Part shown: piece by piece, positions 61,958-64,000 of the stretch
Numbering within the stretch: the stretch's first letter is position 1
How the letters are laid out: each line of letters opens with the position of its first letter
Source of the DNA: Chthonomonadales bacterium
Lineage (GTDB): Bacteria > Armatimonadota > Chthonomonadetes > Chthonomonadales > CAJBBX01
DNA: 64,000 nucleotides
Direction: 5' to 3'
Assembly (NCBI GenBank): GCA_049967475.1
Contig: JBMFSQ010000002.1
Span: forward strand, 64,001-128,000
Notes under the pieces: generated by a model
Told to the model about the DNA's origin: nothing
Database searches by the model: none
The model's input: the letters and a program-made list of their open reading frames with translations, nothing else
Position numbers and translations under genes: made by a program

Positions 61958-63268
61958 ATGGCTTTCCTCGTGTATCCACGTGCAGCGACTACAGCCATCG
62001 TGCGTCCCGTCCTTTGCCTCGTGGTGGGTACGGCTTCACTGGCCGGCACCAGCGCGGCATCCCCCGCCGGTAAGGCGATGCCGGATGTAACGACCCTCCT
62101 GGTAAAATCCATCCTCGCCCAGTACACGGTCAATTACAAGGGTCGCCAGATAGAGATCGTGTCGGACCAGGGCAATGGCGCTCTCCATACAACCACTCGC
62201 CTCGTGATCCACCGGAAGGACGGCCGCTCCCTGGTGCGCTGTTTGGACCCGCCCAGCCTCCGAGGATGCTTCCAAGCCGATGACGGCCGATGGGTCCGAT
62301 CGTACGACCCCCGTACGCATCTGGTGACCATCGGCAGGTCCATGGCGCGCGTACGAACCCGCCGCGATGCCCAACGCATGGTGCGTCGCATCCTCGCCGC
62401 CTACCGCGTGTCCGCCACGGGTACGGATCAGGTAGCCCAGCGGGAATGCGTTATTCTCAGCCTGCGCCCCTATGACCCTTACAGTCACACCATCAACGTG
62501 TGGATTGACGCCGGCACGGGTGTAACCCTCTCACGGCAGGACAACAGCCCGCGGGGGCATACCTTCAGCCTGACGTTGTTCAAGTCCATCGCCTATCCTC
62601 GAACTGTGTCGTCCCAGGAACTGCATTACACCCTGCCCCCGGGCACCCGCACGCAGAAGATCACCCTGTCACCCCTGTACCATGACGTGGCCCGCCTCCG
62701 CCGGGCTGCAGGCTTCCCCATACTCGTTCCCATCTCCATGCCCATGGGGTTTGAATTCGAATCTGCAGAGATGGTACGCCTAAACGGAGTTCCTAACGCG
62801 TGCCTCCGCTACACGGATGGAATGGCCGGTCTCACGATCTTCGAGAAGCCAGTGGATCGGCCGAATTCCGGCGCTCATGCTCCCGTACTGTCACGTCCCC
62901 TCCCTCGCGGAGAAGCCATCGCCATGACCGTGCACGGACGCATGGCGTGCATCGTCGTGGGGGCACGAGAGCCCGACGGCCTCATGGCGATTCTGCGTGC
63001 GTTGGACCCGGAAAGGGAAGATGAACTGCTGCACCGCTTCAAAGATGCCTTTCGGCCGCCGCCGCACATTCTGGCCGCATCGCGCCAACGCGGACTGGGC
63101 ATGGATTGCTTGGCTGCGCTCTTGGATATCGCCCGGCAAACCGGCCGTCCGTTGGAAGCCTTGCTTGCCTTGCATGGCGAGGGTTGGGAGTGGCCCAGCC
63201 TGGCCCGGCGCTTCCGGGCAGACTTGCACGAGGTAGAGCAACACATCAAACCGTATCTTTGCCGCTAA
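61958..63268 (+). CDS. MucB/RseB-like periplasmic protein with C-terminal extension (start uncertain)
   Basis: Signal-like N-terminus, VNYKG, WIDAGTG, PMGF...LRYTDGMAGLTIFE. Confidence 0.75.
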   Translation: MAFLVYPRAATTAIVRPVLCLVVGTASLAGTSAASPAGKAMPDVTTLLVKSILAQYTVNYKGRQIEIVSDQGNGALHTTTRLVIHRKDGRSLVRCLDPPSLRGCFQADDGRWVRSYDPRTHLVTIGRSMARVRTRRDAQRMVRRILAAYRVSATGTDQVAQRECVILSLRPYDPYSHTINVWIDAGTGVTLSRQDNSPRGHTFSLTLFKSIAYPRTVSSQELHYTLPPGTRTQKITLSPLYHDVARLRRAAGFPILVPISMPMGFEFESAEMVRLNGVPNACLRYTDGMAGLTIFEKPVDRPNSGAHAPVLSRPLPRGEAIAMTVHGRMACIVVGAREPDGLMAILRALDPEREDELLHRFKDAFRPPPHILAASRQRGLGMDCLAALLDIARQTGRPLEALLALHGEGWEWPSLARRFRADLHEVEQHIKPYLCR

Positions 63269-63338
63269 CAGCCCCGGCGGATAAGTGGGCCTCCGCAAGC
63301 TCCTGGCGAGGCCCGCTGCCGCCGAACTCGGGGTGCCA

Positions 63339-63366
63339 GGAACCGAAGCCATCGCAGCGAACGTAA
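63339..63366 (+). promoter_or_regulatory. ECF-type promoter upstream of the HtrA gene
   Basis: GGAACC-N17-CGTAA. Confidence 0.7.
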
Positions 63367-63466
63367 TATCGGGCATCCGGGGCTCTGCGCCCAGCGTCAC
63401 CAATGGGCTCTTACCGGGTCTATGTTCATCGGCCGCAAAAAGATATCGAGGAGGGCTCCAAACCAA

Positions 63467-64000
63467 ATGACACGCTTGGTGCAAAACCATTCCCCGGCGC
63501 GAGTTGCATCTCTTGTGATGTGGGGGGTGCTGGGTCTGCAGCTTCAGCCGGCTTGGTGTCAGGTGGAAGCAGGAAGGTCCGCACTCTACGCATTGCAAAA
63601 CGCCTTTGCTTCCGTGGCCGACCAAGTGGAGCCCTCGGTCGTCACCGTCATCGCGACACGAATGGTCCGCCCGCGGAACACCGATGCGGCTCCGAAGCCC
63701 GAGGATGACGACACTCCCCGCCTTCCCTTCGGACATCCTTCCCTCCCGCGGGCATACCGCTCGGAAGGGACGGGATCCGGAGTGATCCTCACATCGGATG
63801 GATGGGTGCTCACCAATGACCACGTTGTGGGCGATGCCGACAAGGTCACCGTGCGTTTGCACGACGGGCGGGAATACGTCGGATCGGTGCGCCGGGACTA
63901 CCGCAGCGATCTGGCCCTTATCAAGATCAACGCCACGGGCCTCAAACCCGCCCGGCTGGGCGATTCCGACAAGGTGCGCATCGGTCATTGGGCTATCGCC
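63467..64000 (+). CDS. HtrA/DegP-family serine protease (3' end runs off the window)
   Basis: Manual translation: PSVVTV...GTGSGVILTSDGWVLTNDHVV...SDLALIKI...LGDSDKVRIG. Confidence 0.9.
   Translation, partial: MTRLVQNHSPARVASLVMWGVLGLQLQPAWCQVEAGRSALYALQNAFASVADQVEPSVVTVIATRMVRPRNTDAAPKPEDDDTPRLPFGHPSLPRAYRSEGTGSGVILTSDGWVLTNDHVVGDADKVTVRLHDGREYVGSVRRDYRSDLALIKINATGLKPARLGDSDKVRIGHWAIA

Overview
GC-rich bacterial chromosomal window of about 60 genes and one tRNA-Leu(CAA). The four prepilin-type (DUF1559 / H-X9-DG) genes and the overall gene content are consistent with Armatimonadota; this is an inference, not a database result. Housekeeping genes: coaE, rpsA, polA, rpsU, rpoZ-dnaJ-prmA-rsmE, motAB, modAB, uppP, maf, nikR, and an ECF sigma / anti-sigma / MucB-like / HtrA operon. 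Three accessory loci stand out. (1) A ~2.9 kb cassette (10953-13872) between two identical 168-bp promoter-containing direct repeats encodes a 45-aa exported peptide, a small Cys-rich secreted/lipoprotein, a membrane-anchored exported protein, a CGC thioredoxin-like protein and a 4-TM protein. (2) A LacI-associated island (14.0-23.8 kb) pairs prepilin-like genes with tiny single-pass Pro/Gly-rich membrane proteins, next to a GH144-like glucanase and TPR/ASPIC-UnbV genes; a further pair lies at 57-58 kb. (3) A tightly coupled six-gene membrane operon of unknown function (DUF6754-like, 52980-56917) converges on a D-aminoacylase. Promoters readable from the sequence include sigma70-type (most with 18-bp spacers), SigH-like, sigma28-like and an ECF motif GGAACC-N17-CGTAA. 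One large BNR-repeat gene is frameshifted. No CRISPR array, integrase or transposase was seen. Family names come from motif recognition by eye and need HMM confirmation.
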